From Prorocentrum cordatum (taxonomy: Eukaryota): a stretch of DNA of 64,000 nt. Made by a program: the position numbers and the translations under genes. Shown here in pieces: positions 10,174-23,002 of this stretch (the stretch's first letter is position 1; each line of letters begins with the position of its first letter). The notes under the pieces were generated by a model. It worked only from the letters and a program-made list of their open reading frames with translations, searched no databases and was not told the origin of the DNA. The stretch is taken from NCBI GenBank assembly GCA_963575745.1, contig CAUYUJ010000134.1, forward strand, positions 1-64,000, in the 5' to 3' direction.

Positions 10174-13100
10174 CGCCCCATACTCAGTTTCCCCTTTCCT
10201 CCTCCTCCCACACATGTTTCAATGGGGCTACCGAAATTCACTTTTCCGCGACAAAGTGGCCAAACATTGTCTCGAGGAACACCCAACAGCGCCGCAAAGA
10301 ACCCAAGAGGCGCCACAGGGACCCTCAAAGGGCGTCCAAGACACCAGCTGCGAGGCCAAAAGGCCCTCCAGGAAGGCCAGATGGTTACAATGCATACGGC
10401 ATTCCCTAGGTCCTGCAAACTTATGCGTTTCCCGAACATGTCAGCTCAAGATGTTTGGCAGACGGCCTGGGCGAAGCCAAGGGGAGGCCAAGCGCGCAGC
10501 ACGAGGTCCCCAAGAGGTCCCCCCAGACGGCCCAGGGCAGCCCCAGGATGGGCCCCAGACGGCCCAGGGCAGCCCCAGGATGGGCCCAGGAGGGGCGCAG
10601 GACAGATGAACAGGGCCCAAGAGGGCCCCAAGAGACGCCCCCATGACAGCCTTAAGAGACTCCCCAAGCGGCCGAGAGTTGAGCAGTGACCGACCGTCTC
10701 AGTTGGGCTCTAAGCCTGGCCAGAAAAAATCCTAGAACCAAGCATGGTATCATAACATAAACAATGTGTTTAGAACAATTGGGGGTCCGATCGCGTTGAC
10801 GTCGGCTGTATGCAACCGCGAAAACTCTTGGGGTGGGCCAGAAATGCCCCCGCCAAGGCCCCGCTCTGGGGCCCAAAAAAACAATATGTTTAGAACATGT
10901 TGGAAATGTTCCGAACATGATTGTTCTGGACGCGCTTCCCGCATAGAGCAAATGTTCCAAGAATCTCCACTGGAAAATGTTCCGGGCTAATGTTTTGGGC
11001 CATTGGTTTTTATGTTCCGGACCGGTGTTTTTTTCTGATGCGAGCGTGCCGCCGCAGCCTGGGGCGGCACGCTGGTGTCCGAAAGAGGACGGGCCCGCAC
11101 CACGTAGTCGGACATGCCGTGCTGCGCTGTTCTAACCCCCTCAAGGTTCTAAAAACATGTGTTGGTAGACCTACAAAATGCCGGGACGCGCCGCCATTGT
11201 TCGACGAACCCTCAGTCCTCAGGATCGAATACATCCCCAGGCCGAACTTTTTCCTCGTGGATTAAATATGAGAACACCGATGGATCCAATTGGATCCCCC
11301 TGTGGACCGTCCTGAGGCCATCTTGGGCCGTCTTGGAAGCCTCTTGGGCAGTCTTGGGGCCCCCTCGAAGGCCTTCCTGGGGCCCTCTTGGAAGCCTCCT
11401 GGGCTGTCGTGGGACGAAATTTGGAGCCTCTAGGGCCGTCTTGGAGCCTCGGGAAACAGGTGAGAACACCACAATCCATCAAAAACCTAAAAAGGGGATC
11501 AGTGACTTTTGCTTCCTAGGGCCCTTTTTGAGACGCTTCTTGGAGGCCTCTGTGGGCGTCGTGGAGGCGTCTGCGGCCATGTGGAGGCCATCTTGGGCGT
11601 CTTGGACCGATCGGGAAGCGACCCAGAGACATCTTGAGGACAGCTTGAAGCCTTCTTGGAGCGCTCTGGGGCGCAGGACAACCGCGCCCAGGCGGAAAAC
11701 CATATCTGACGGGACCGTCCTGGTGTACTTCTTGTCCAGGGACCCCCAGGGGCCGCCCCGCACGCGCGAAGTAGAAATATTGTTTACCAATTACCGGAGA
11801 TCTTGGCGCGCCTCTGGCCCGTTGGGCCGGCGAATCTTCCGGGAATATACATAAAATAATGACTCACATCCTGGACCCACTGGAAACCGGATCCGCGGGG
11901 CACCGCACGTGAAGCATCATGCCATCCACGGAACTGTGTATCTGCTGACCAAAGCTATGATTATACGAGGGAGGGGGCGTCTTCCAAGGACGGCTAGGGG
12001 AAGGAGGAGGGAGGAGGCACGAGGAGAGGGGAGGAGGGGAGAAGGGACGGGAGAAGGTAAGAGAGAGGAGGAACATTCAGGGAGGAGGTGGGGGGGAGGA
12101 AAAAGGGGAGGAGGCGCAAGAGGGAGGAGGGATGCGGAAGGAGGAAAGGGGAGGGAGGAGGCGGGGGGAGGAGGGGGGAGGTGGAAGGAGGAGGGAGGAG
12201 GGAGGACGGGGAGCAGGAGGACAGGCAAGCAAAGTGTCAAAATCGGAATATCGAGCACCACAGCGAGCCGGGCCTCCCCCCTCAGCCCCTCCCATAACAT
12301 GTGGTTGCTCGAGCGCCACACCGGGCCTGGCCATCGCCCGAAAAATCCTCCCATGACATAAGGTTGCTCGAACGCCACAACGGGCCTGGCCAACTCCCGC
12401 ATTTCCTCCCATACCATATGGCATGCCCAAAACCGAAGAGAGTGCCACATGTATCCGCTCATACTGAACGGCACTTCGCTTCCGACATTCGCGGCTCAAG
12501 CGGAAAACCTTTCGGCCTGCGTAAGTACTCACAGCCCCGGACCGCAAACTCCCAAAATCTCCCAAGCTCCTGGCGTGCTTCCAGGGGCTCTCCCCATGTT
12601 GTCACTTGCCCTTTTCTGGGCCAAGAGGGCCCCAAGACGGACCAAGGAGAGGGCCCCAAGAAGCTCCCATGACGGCCAAAGAGGGCCCAAGAGCTCCCGT
12701 AGAGCGTTTCATCTTCCAACCTCAATTTCTTCCGCTTCGGGGAGGAGTTTACCTCTCCCTCTTCCCCCCCCCCTGGGTCTGCACTGGGCGCCCCGCAAGC
12801 GGTCAGAGCGTCCAAGATGACCCAAAATTGCTCCAAGAGGGCCTTAGAGAGCCCAAGATGGCCTCCAAGATGGCTCAGGATAGCGCAAGATCGCTCCAGA
12901 TGGCCTCCCACATGCTCTAAGAGGCCCCCCAAACCAATCCAAGACGGGCCCAAGTGCTATTCACTGCTCTGCAATGCTCACACAACGCCATGCTATGCAA
13001 TCCCATGAAATGCTACGGAATGCTACAGAATGTTATGCAATGATATGCAATGACACGGTTTTCAATGCAATTCAAATGATATGTAATGCTACGCATGCTC

Positions 13101-13425
13101 TTCAATGCTACGCAATACTATGCGATGCACTGCTGCATGACGCAGTGGCGTACCATGGACTGCTTGGGCATATGACGAAACGTCGCAGATACTGGCAAGC
13201 CTAGCGGTACGGTATCAGAGTGTTAGTGCGATTGCGATTTCGCATGATCCTGCCGATGTTTCCTGTGGATGTCTGAACACCGAGCTGTGGGGGGCCCGTG
13301 CAAAATCTACCCGTCATGCAGTCTGTACGCGGCTGGGCGCTGTTGGCCACCGCTGTTGGCCCTGACCTTCGTGGGCACGAGACCTCGCCAGAGGAGCGAG
13401 GGGCAAAAGCATCCGCTGCGCAGGG

Positions 13426-14208
13426 CTAGCAATTGCCGCTGGCCTGCACTCCCATATCAGGCCTCATGGGCCCAACGCTATCCTTCAGGTAGCATTCACC
13501 GTTGTTGGTCACAGTCCAGCCCTTGCATTGGCCCCCGGAAGCCTGGCACCTCACCTTGCAGAACTCTGCGTTCTGCACTTGGATCGGGCCCTCGTAGTTG
13601 TGCCCATCGTTGTTATGCTGGTTCTGCTGGTCCCCGCAGCTGGGGTAGCAGTAGCCACTGCCCTGAACACCCGCATCGCTCTGCATGTCCCCGACGCTTG
13701 TCTTCAGGTAGCACTCGTTGTTGTTGGTCACGGTCCAACCCGTGCACTTGTTGCTCCCGCTCATAGCGCACAACCGCTTGCAAGTCTCAGTGTCGGTGTT
13801 GACGATCGGGCCCTCGTAGTTGCTGCCCCAGTTGTTGTTCCCATTCCAGGTGCCCCCGCAGTAGTACGAAGGTCCGGAGCTGAGGCCTCCCTGTTCACTG
13901 CCGCACACCCGAGTGGAGCAACTGCTGTCCCAATCAGATTGCGTGTTGTAGTACTGGTGGGCCTTTCCAGGGCCGCAGTTCGGGCCTGAGCACTCCACGT
14001 GGCAACCGGGGGCATACATGCGGTTGTTCCAGTCCGTGCCGCAGTCGCTGCACTCCCCAGCCGGCCACCAGCAGCAGAAACTGCTGCAGTCTGACGCAGA
14101 CGCGAGCGAGGTGCTGTTTGCCGCGTAGCCGCGGAGCTGCCGAGCGGACGGCCCCATGTCCGCCGACGCCACTGCAGCGAAGCCGATCACCTGCATCGCA
14201 CGCGCCAT
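13426..14208 (-). CDS. Secreted Cys-rich PAN/apple-domain protein (copy 3), 260 aa
   Basis: Intact ORF near-identical to copy 2; variants CAM, QHN, DMG. Confidence 0.85.
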   Translation of the reverse strand: MARAMQVIGFAAVASADMGPSARQLRGYAANSTSLASASDCSSFCCWWPAGECSDCGTDWNNRMYAPGCHVECSGPNCGPGKAHQYYNTQSDWDSSCSTRVCGSEQGGLSSGPSYYCGGTWNGNNNWGSNYEGPIVNTDTETCKRLCAMSGSNKCTGWTVTNNNECYLKTSVGDMQSDAGVQGSGYCYPSCGDQQNQHNNDGHNYEGPIQVQNAEFCKVRCQASGGQCKGWTVTNNGECYLKDSVGPMRPDMGVQASGNC

Positions 14209-17113
14209 GCTGTCACAGCGGGTCTCTGGCAAGCTGAGCACAAACGGGGCGCGAGCAGAGAACTGTGACCTGGAGCCTTGAGCCTACAGCCGAAACGGAT
14301 CGATATGAGCGCGTCAGTTGGGCGAATCATGGTGCCAGGTGTTTGAACACGCCGCAGATACATCATCAGCGGAGCAGAAGACAGTACGTGATGTGATGAC
14401 AACCAGCTCGGTTTTGCTACAGCCTCCTCCAAGTGAAAAGCCGATTTCTGCACATATGGCCTTCTGCTCAGGCCCCCACCTCTTCCTCCCATCCGATTTT
14501 TTTGCTCTGGCGAGGGCTTCGATTGGAGCCGTAGCTGGAGACCGCATGATCCGCGTGAGTGGTGTGCCGAAGTGGGCGGGGCCCCGCATGTGGACGCGCC
14601 CACTGGGGCCGCTGGTGGAGCTCCCTGTGGGGCACGATCCGCGTGAGGCATGTGCTGAAATGAATGGGTCGGGGGCGGCGTGCGACGGCGCCCACTGGGG
14701 CCGCAAGGGGAGCTCCCTGTGGGTGCACGGCCAGCCACCGGGGCCGCACGGGGGCGTCCGGGGACCCTCGGGACCTCTGGGAGCGCCCGGGGGTCAGGAC
14801 GCGGTCGTCGTCGGGCAACTCGAGGCAACCGGAGGGCCCTGGACTGGAAGGCCTCTCGATGGCCTAAGGCGCCTCGTCGCGGCCCCGCGTGAGCCCCCTG
14901 AGAAGACCGTCCAACGGCTAGGAGGGCCCTGAAAAGAGAAGGCCCAAGAGCCCCTGGGGGTACCCACCTGGGCCCACCGTTGCTCTACCTCAAACAGGAG
15001 TCCTCACCAGCCCCCACACGAGTCCTCAAACATGAGTCCTTAACCTCCTGAGGTTGAGGACACATGCTCCTCCTCATCGAGGATCGACGCCCTCTTCTGC
15101 CCCTGCCGCCTTGCACTGCCCATCAAGTCCTCCCCCATGATGTTCCTCGAACTCATCCTCATCCTCCTCCATGCTCTTCCTAGTCCTCGTGAGGTTCTCA
15201 ACGTTCTCCTGCTCATGTACCCCGTCCTCCCTCCTCCTCCTCGTCGTTCCTCCGCCTCGTCCCCCTCATCTTTAGCCTCGTGCTTCTCTCGCTTCTCCGC
15301 CTTTTCATCATCATCGTCATCATCACGCCCCATACACAAAGCCCCCTTTCTCCTCATCCTCCTCCTCCTCCTCCTCCTCCTCCTCCTCATCATCATCCTC
15401 CTCCTCCTCCTCCTCCTCCTCCTCCTCCTCCTCCTCATCCCAACCCACATTCACTGCTCCCAGGGAGGGGGCAACACATGTTTCAATGGGTCTACCGAAG
15501 TGCACTTTTCCGCGACAATGTGGCCAATCATTGTTTCGAGGAACACCCAACAGCGCCGCAAAGAACCCAACACGCGCCATAGGGACCCTCAAAGGGCTTC
15601 CAAGACACCAGCTGCGAGGCAAGAGGCCCTCCAGGAAGACCTAACTGATGGTTACAATGCATACGGCATTCCCTAGGTCCTTCACACTTATGCGTTTCCC
15701 GAACGTTTCGTCGCAAGATGTTTGGCAGACGGGCTGGGCGAAGCCAAGGGGAGACCAAGCGCACAGCATGAGGTCCCCAAGAGGTCCGCCCAGACGGCCC
15801 AGGGCAGCCCCAGGATGGGCCCAAGACGGCCCAGGAGGGGCGCAGGACAGATGAACAGGGCCCAAGAGGGCCCCAACAGACACCCCCATAACAGCCCTAA
15901 CCGGCCCAATTGGATTATAAGCCTGGCCTAGAAAATCCTAGAACCAAACATGTTGTCATAACATGAAACAATGTTTTTTAACAATTGGGGGTCCGACCGC
16001 GTCGGCGTCGGCTATATGCAACCGCGAAAACTCTGGGGCTGGGCCAGAAATGTCCCCGCCAAGGCTCCGCTCTGGGGCCCAAAAAACAATGTCTTTGGAA
16101 CATGTTTGGAAAATGTTCCGAACAAGATTGTTCTGGACGCGCTTCCCGCATAAAGCAAATGTTCGAAGAACCTGCATTGGAAAACGTTCCGGGCAAGTGT
16201 TTTGGGCCAGCGGTTTTCATGCTCCTGGCCGGTGATGCTGATGCGAGCGTGCCGCCGCAATCCGAAGCGGCACGCTGGTGTCCGAAAAGGGACGGGCCCG
16301 CACCACGTGTTCGGACATGCCGTGCTGCGCTGTCGTAGCCCCCAGAAAGGCTCTAAGAACATGTTTTGGTAGACCTAGAAAAATGCCGGGACGCGTCGCC
16401 ACTGCTCGAGGAATCCTCAGTCCTCAGGATCGAATCCATCCCCAGGCCGAAAGTTCGTTCCTTTTGGATTGAAATATGAGAACACCGATGGGTTGAATTG
16501 GATCCCTTTTCAGGTGTGTGACAGCGTCGTGGATCCTATTCTCGTGGTGCACGAATCCAATTTCCCGCGCGTGAAAAACCAATGGATCCATTTATTGTCC
16601 GGGAATGAATATACAATACTAATTCACATCCTGGACCCATTGGAAAATTGGATCCGCGGGCACCGCACGTGAAACATCATGTTATCCACGGAACTGTGGA
16701 TCTGCTGACCAACGTTATGATTATACGGGGAAGGGGGGTCTTCCCAGGACGGAGAGGGCAAGGAGGGAGAAGGCACGAGGAGGGGGGAGGAGGGGAGAAG
16801 GGACGGGAGAAAAAAAGACAGAGGGGGAGCAATCAGGGAGGAGGTGGGGGGGGAGGAAAAAGGGGAGGAGGAGGAGGAAGAGGGAGGAGGGATGCGCAAG
16901 GAGGACGGAGGGATGCGATGCGATGCGATGCGACCACCGTTGCGGACAGCGTCCGGGCCTAAGGCAGACCAGGTGGGTGAGGCCATGGCCTTTGGGATCT
17001 GAGGTGTCTGGATTCATGCAATGCGAGACATGTAAAAGGTTAGGAGGAGAGGGGGAGGAGGAGGAAAAGAAAGACCTTGGTGTCGGTGTCGGCGCGGGTT
17101 GGGCGAGATTACG

Positions 17114-20100
17114 TCAATGGTCTGAGTCCCCGGTGCTGGTCGACGTGAGGTCGGTGAAGTGGTGCTCGAGCGCTGTCCATGCTTCGGTGTCTTGGGCTGT
17201 TTGCGTCCATGTGATGTCGTTCGGTTGTCCTTTTGAATGGGCTTGCGTGGGCGGTCGGTGGAGGTCTGGTCTGCGTTGACGTAAGTAAGTGGTGATTTCG
17301 TCGTCCCAGCGCTTGTTTTGGCCACCGTGCTGCCTGTGTCCCTGCTGGAGCGGGTTGAGGACTGGGTGCCAGCGCAGCACTCGCCATGTCCACCTCGTCC
17401 AGTCGTGGTTTGCGACTCGTGAAGCCATGCGCCAGACTTTCCGTTTGCGCAGCGTCTCCCAATTGTCGATGTGGTGGAGCTTCATGAGGTGTTCTGCGCG
17501 TCGTGTCGCTCGCTGGATGTAGTCGACCCATGGTTCCATTTCGTCTGCGGTGGTGCTGTCTTCGCCGTCTTCGCTGTGCTTGTCAGGCGCGTCAGGCGCA
17601 TCACGCTGTGATGGGTTGCTGTCTGCATCGTCACTAGTGTTGTTGGTGCGGTATTCGTGGTATTGCCCTTCGTTGTTCGCGCCGTCGAGATCCGGTCCCT
17701 GGCCGCTGTGAGGGCCGGCTTCTTTTGTTGTGCGTTTCCGTGGCCTTCTGATGATCATGCGAAGCATGCGTCGTTGTGTGCGTCGTAGATGCTGCCGTAG
17801 AGGCCCCGTGAGGGTCCACGTCTCTGCTCCGTATAGCGCTGTTGGTGCTACAGTGCTGTTGAAAAGCCGAAGTCGGTGAGCCAGTGGGTAGCGTTTGCTG
17901 GTCAGCTCCTGCTTGTGAGACGTGAATGATGCCCATGCAGCTCGCGTGCGGTGGTGGATTTCCGTTTCCATTGGTTCGCGGAAGCTGATCCATTGGCCGA
18001 AATATTTGAGACTGCCCTCGTATGGAACGATTTCTATATCCATGTCTTGGAAACGTGCTGTGCGTGAGCTCGCCCTTCTGGTCCTTCTCGCCTGGTTGCT
18101 CAGTATGTTGGTTTTGCCTGGGTGCAGTTCGAGCCCGTGCACCCTCGTCGCGCGCACAATGTCGTCAAGCATCGCTGTCAAGCGCGGGAGCGTTTAGCTG
18201 GTCAGGAGCACATCGTCGGCGAAGCGTAGGTTGGTCAGCGCGGCGGTGCTCGCGAATCCCAATTCAACCCCCTTCCTTTTTTGCTGCCATTCGGAAACCA
18301 GCGGTCCAAGGATGTATTGTAGAAGAGCGTTGAAGAGTAGGGAGCTCAGTGGGTCTCCCTGTTTCGTGCCCCGCAGGAGGCTAAAGGGTCTGCTGCTGAC
18401 GTCTGTCCTCACCGTGGCTGTCTGTCCCTCATATGGCTGTTGGAGTAGTGCAACGCATCCAGGTTGGACCCCTTGCGCCTTCAGTGCTGCCCATATGCTC
18501 TTGTGCTCAACTGAATCGAAAGTTTTTTCGAAGTCAAGTGCTGCGACCCAGAGGTATTGGCCCCATTCGTCTGCGCGCTCGCGCAATAAATGGAAGGCGA
18601 AGAGGTGGTCAGTGGTCGAGTGGCCTGGTCTGAAGCCCGCCTGGTCGGTAGTCTGGTGTGAGTCAAGCGTCGGTTGTAGCCTGTTGTACAGTAGTCGGCT
18701 GAAGAGCTTGTAGAACAATGGTATCGTGCAAATGGGGCGGTAGTTTTGTGGAAGCGCGCGATCTCCATTTTTTGGCACGACTGTGATGACTGCGCTCTTC
18801 CAGCAGGCCGGCGGCGGGGCTTCGCGCTGCAGGATTGTGTTGTAGAGGTGGAAAAGTGCACCTCTGAGTTCCTCTGTGCCATCTTTGAACATCTCTGCAC
18901 GGAGGCCTTTCGTGTCTGGGGCTTTGCCAAGCCGGAGACCTTTGATCGCCTTGTTTAGCTCTTTCGATGTGAATGGTGGGAGTCGGAGAGTCTGCTGGTC
19001 GCTGGTCGGTCGTAGGTTGGCCAGTCTGTTGGCCGGCGGGCGGGGGTCGGTCTGCTGCTCTGCTGGTCCGTCGGTCGGTCTGGCGTGCGGTTTGCTGCTT
19101 TGCCGGTCTGCCGGTCGGCCTGCTGGTCGGTCGGCGGGGTCGTCGTTTGATCGTTGTGGGAGTCGGTGGGTCTGCTGGTCGGTCGGTGGTAGTCGGTCTG
19201 CTGGTCTGTTAATCGGCGGTCGGTGGTCGGTCTGCTGGTCTGCTGGTTGGTCGGCCGGCACGACGTTCGGCCTGTTGGTTTGCCGGTCTGCTGGTCGGTC
19301 TGCTGGTCGGTCTGCTGGTCGGTGGTCGGTGGGGTCGTCGTTTGGTCGCTGTGGGAGTCGGTGGGTCTGCTGGTCGGTCGGTGGTAGTCGGTCTGCTGGT
19401 CTGCTAGTCGGCGGTCGGGGGACGGTCTGCTGGTCTGCTTGTTTGTCGGCTGGCGCGGCGTTCGGCCCATTGGTTTGCCGGTCTGCTGGTCGGTCTGCTG
19501 GTCGTTGGTCGGTGAGGTCGTCGCTTGGTCGTTGTGGGAGTCGGTGGGTCTGCTGGTCGGTCGGTGGTAGTCGGTCTGCTGGTCTGTTAATCGGCGGTCG
19601 GTGGTCGGTCTGCTGGTCTGTTGGTTGGTCGGCCGGCGCGGCGTTCGGCCTGTTGGTTTGCCGGTCTGCTGGTCGGTCTGCTGGTCGGTCTGCTGGTCGG
19701 TGGTCGGTGGGGTCGTCGTTTGGTCGCTGTGGGAGTCGGTGGGTCTGCTGGTCGGTCGGTGGTAGTCGGTCTGCTGGTCTGCTAGTCGGCGGTCGGTGGT
19801 CGGTCTGCTGGTCTGCTGGTTGGTCGGCCAGTGCGGCGTTCGGCCCGTTGCCTTGCCGGTCTGCTGGTCGGTCTGCTGGTCGGCGGTCGGTGGGGTCGTG
19901 GTTTGGTCGTTGTGGCAGTCGGTGGGTCTGCTTGTCGATCGGTGGTTGTCGGTCTGCTGGTCTGCTAGTCGGCGGTCGGTGGTCGGTCTGCCGGGCTACT
20001 CGTCGGTCGGCCGGCGCGGCGTTCGGCCCGTTAGGTTGCGGGTCTGCTGGTCGGTCTGCTGGTTGGTCTGCTGGTCGGCGGTCGGCGAGGTCGTCGTTTG

Positions 20101-20890
20101 GTCGTTCCGGCTGCGTCGCCGTCGTTGTCGAGTTGTACAAGTGCTCGTCGAACTCCGCGAAAACGTTCGCGTCTTCTTGTCGCGTCGTTCCCTTGTCGCC
20201 CTCTTTGTCTGTCACGCGGGTAGTGAGAGTTCGGTATCTTCGTGTTTTGATACGCGGGATGCTCTTTGAGTCTCTGAACTGCTCCAGTACGTTTGCTATA
20301 TGGGCCCGTCGTCTCGCCCTCTTCTGTGCACGGATTTCTTGCTGTATACGTTTACTCAGCTGCTTGCGGGCGTGGCGGTCGTCATTTGGCGTCTGCTGCC
20401 GTCTAGTGAGTAGGTTGCGTAGTCGTGCTGGTCCTCTGTCGGGTTGTTGGTTCGCCTGCGCACTGGCCGGGATTGCACCGTCTCTGTCGCACCAAGATGG
20501 GTTTCCTGCGGCGCTGCTGGCGGCAGCTGCTTCGACGATAACTCGCTGGATGTGTTCGCACAGTTCACTCGGGTCGGAAGGCAAACTGCGCGGGCGTAAA
20601 TGGGGCCTTTGATGGTCGTTGTAAGCTTGCGTGTTGGTGATAGTCGTTCGTCGTCGGTGCTGTCGCCGTTGCTGTCGTCGTTCGTCGTCACATCGTGGTC
20701 GTCCACATATCATTGCGGTCGGTATCCGCAGATCGACGGTAACAGCCTCGTGGTCGGAGCCGAAGTCGGTCCTGTCGTTGGCCTCTGCGTTGGTGCAGTG
20801 CCGGAACATCGGGCGGCTTAGTAGTACGTAGTCGAGCTGCTTGTGATTGTCGCCACTGCTATAAGCGATTTTCTTTTGCACTGGCTTGCG

Positions 20891-20949
<59 letters not shown>

Positions 20950-22811
20950 GTATTTGCAATAACAAGTCCCTCCTGGGCGGCCCAGTGACGTAGCCAACCC
21001 CTCGAGTTTTGTTCCCCGAATCCATGGCGGCCAACATGTCTGGAAGTGGTGCTGTCGAAAGTGTCGGCGGCGTCGTCTGCGTCCACGGAGGCCATGTCAT
21101 GGAAGCCCCCACCTGTGCGTTAAAATCCCCTGCGAGTATCAAGTGATGTCGTGCCTTGGTGCTCTCTCTCTCTCTCTCTGTGAAGCTCGTGGATCATGTC
21201 GTACACGCGCTGCACGTGTGCGAGTCTGGGCGAAAGCGCTTGGAACCTCTTTATGTTTTTTACCCAACGTCGATGTATGATTAAGGCAACTCCATGGCAT
21301 GCTTGGTCATTGCCAGATCCGGCGAAGGCGTGCCTTTCCGAGGTTGTCCAGAACTCTTCGGCCGTTGTTCTCCACGTTTCGTTGATAAGGGCGAAATCCC
21401 AGTGATCGGACTCGAGCTCACTGATTATCTCGCTGACTCGGTCGTCTGTTGAAAGAGACCGGGCGTTTCTGTGAATGGTTGTCATATGTATGCGGTCGGT
21501 CTGCCCTGGTTGTTGTTGGTGCAGGTTGGTTGGCGCTGGTGGGTCTTGGGCACTGGTGGTCGCTGGTGGGTGCTGCTGGTCCGTTAGAGTCGGCGCTGCT
21601 TGCGGTGCTGCTGGTCGGTGAAAGAGGTCGGTGGTAGGTGCTGGTGGGTGTTGCTGGTCGGTCTGGGTCGGTGTTGATTGTGGTGTTGGTCGTCGGTCGG
21701 CGGTGGTAGCTGGTGGGTGCTGCTGGTCGGGTGGGGTCGGCGTTGCTTGCGGTGCTGCTGGTCGGTGGTTGTCGGTGGTGGGTGCTGGTGGGTGCTGCTA
21801 GTCGGTCTGGGTCGGTGTTGCTGGTGGTGTTGGTCGTCGGTCGGCGGTGGTCGCTGGTGGGTGCTGCTGGTCGGTTAGAGTCGGCGCTGCTTGCGGCGCT
21901 GCTGGTCGGTGAAAGAGGTCGGTGGTAGGTGCTGGTGGGTGTTGCTGGTCGGTCTGGGTCGGCGCTGCTTGTGGTGTTGGTCGGGGGTCGGCGGTGGTAG
22001 CTGGTGGGTGCTGCTGGTCGGGTGGGGTCGGCGTTGCTTGCGGTGCTGCTGGTCGGTGGTTGTCGGTGGTGGGTGCTGGCGGGTGCTGCTGGTCGGTCTG
22101 GGTCGGCGCTGCTTGTGGTGTTGGTCGGCGGTCGTCGGTGGTCGCTGGTGGGTGCTGCTGGTCGGGTGGCGTCGGCGCTGTTTGTGGTGTTGCTCGTCTG
22201 TTGTGGTAGTCGGCGGTAGGTGCTGCTTGGTGCTGCTGGTTGGTCTGGGTCGGTGTTGCTTGTGGTGTTGGTCGTCGGTCGGCGGTGGTCGTTGGTGAGT
22301 GCTGCTGGTCGGGCGGGGTCGGCGTTGCTTGTGGTGCTGCTTGTCGTTGGTGGTCGGTATTTGGTGCTGGGTGTTGCTGGTCGGTCTGGGTCGGCGCTGC
22401 TTGTGGTACTGGTCGGTGGTCGTCGGTGGTCGCTGGTGGGTGCTGCTGGTCGGGTGGGGTCGGCGTTGCTTGTGGGTCTGCTGGTCGGTGTTGGTCGGCG
22501 GTGGGTGCTGGCGCGTGCTGCTGTTCATGTGGGGTCGGCGCTGCTTGCGGTGTTGCTGGTCGGTGGTTGTCCGTGGTGGGTGCTGGTGGATGCTGCTGGT
22601 CGGTCTGGGTCGGTGCTGCTTGTGGTGTTGGTTGGGGGTCGTCGGTGGTCGCTGGTGGGTGCTCCTGGTCTGTCGGGATCGTTTTTTGCTCTGTGGAAGA
22701 TGCATGCTGGTACGTCGCCGTCTGTTCGTGCATAAGCCGTTCTCCCGCCTCCAGTGCTCCACGCTGACGTTGGTGAAGCGGTTGGTCGCGATGTCGGCGT
22801 CGAGGCTGCAA
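17114..22811 (-). pseudogene. LINE ORF2: repeat-rich N-extension, AP endonuclease, repeat linker, reverse transcriptase, C-terminal region
   Basis: APE motifs NARSL, ETW, GVA, GDFNA, LDY, SDH. RT motifs KAP..G, NYRPI, QAGFR, GTKQGDPLS, FADD. Lesions: TAG at 21798, deletion after SPRLA, frameshifts, TAA at 18194 (frame continues to 17114). Confidence 0.9.
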
Positions 22812-23002
22812 GTCCTGAGGGGGCGGATCCTGAAGGGAGGTGAAAAATTACACTGCCGTTTTGGTCTCGCATCGAATTCTGGAAGACACGGGCATTCTGA
22901 GCGGGAGGCGGAGGGAGGGAGGGGAGAGAGAAAATCGAATACCCGATTGTGTTAAAAAACCTCTAAAACTTCCAGGGCCGGTCTCACACCGCGCCCTCGG
23001 GA

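Noticed and set aside
18876..20612. 578-aa plus-strand ORF
   Set aside because: Antisense of the LINE repeat linker.
17114..21142. RT as retron, DGR or group II intron linked to the variable gene array
   Set aside because: APE-RT layout, TSD and tail identify a LINE; array variation is not adenine-specific and no template/variable repeat pair exists.
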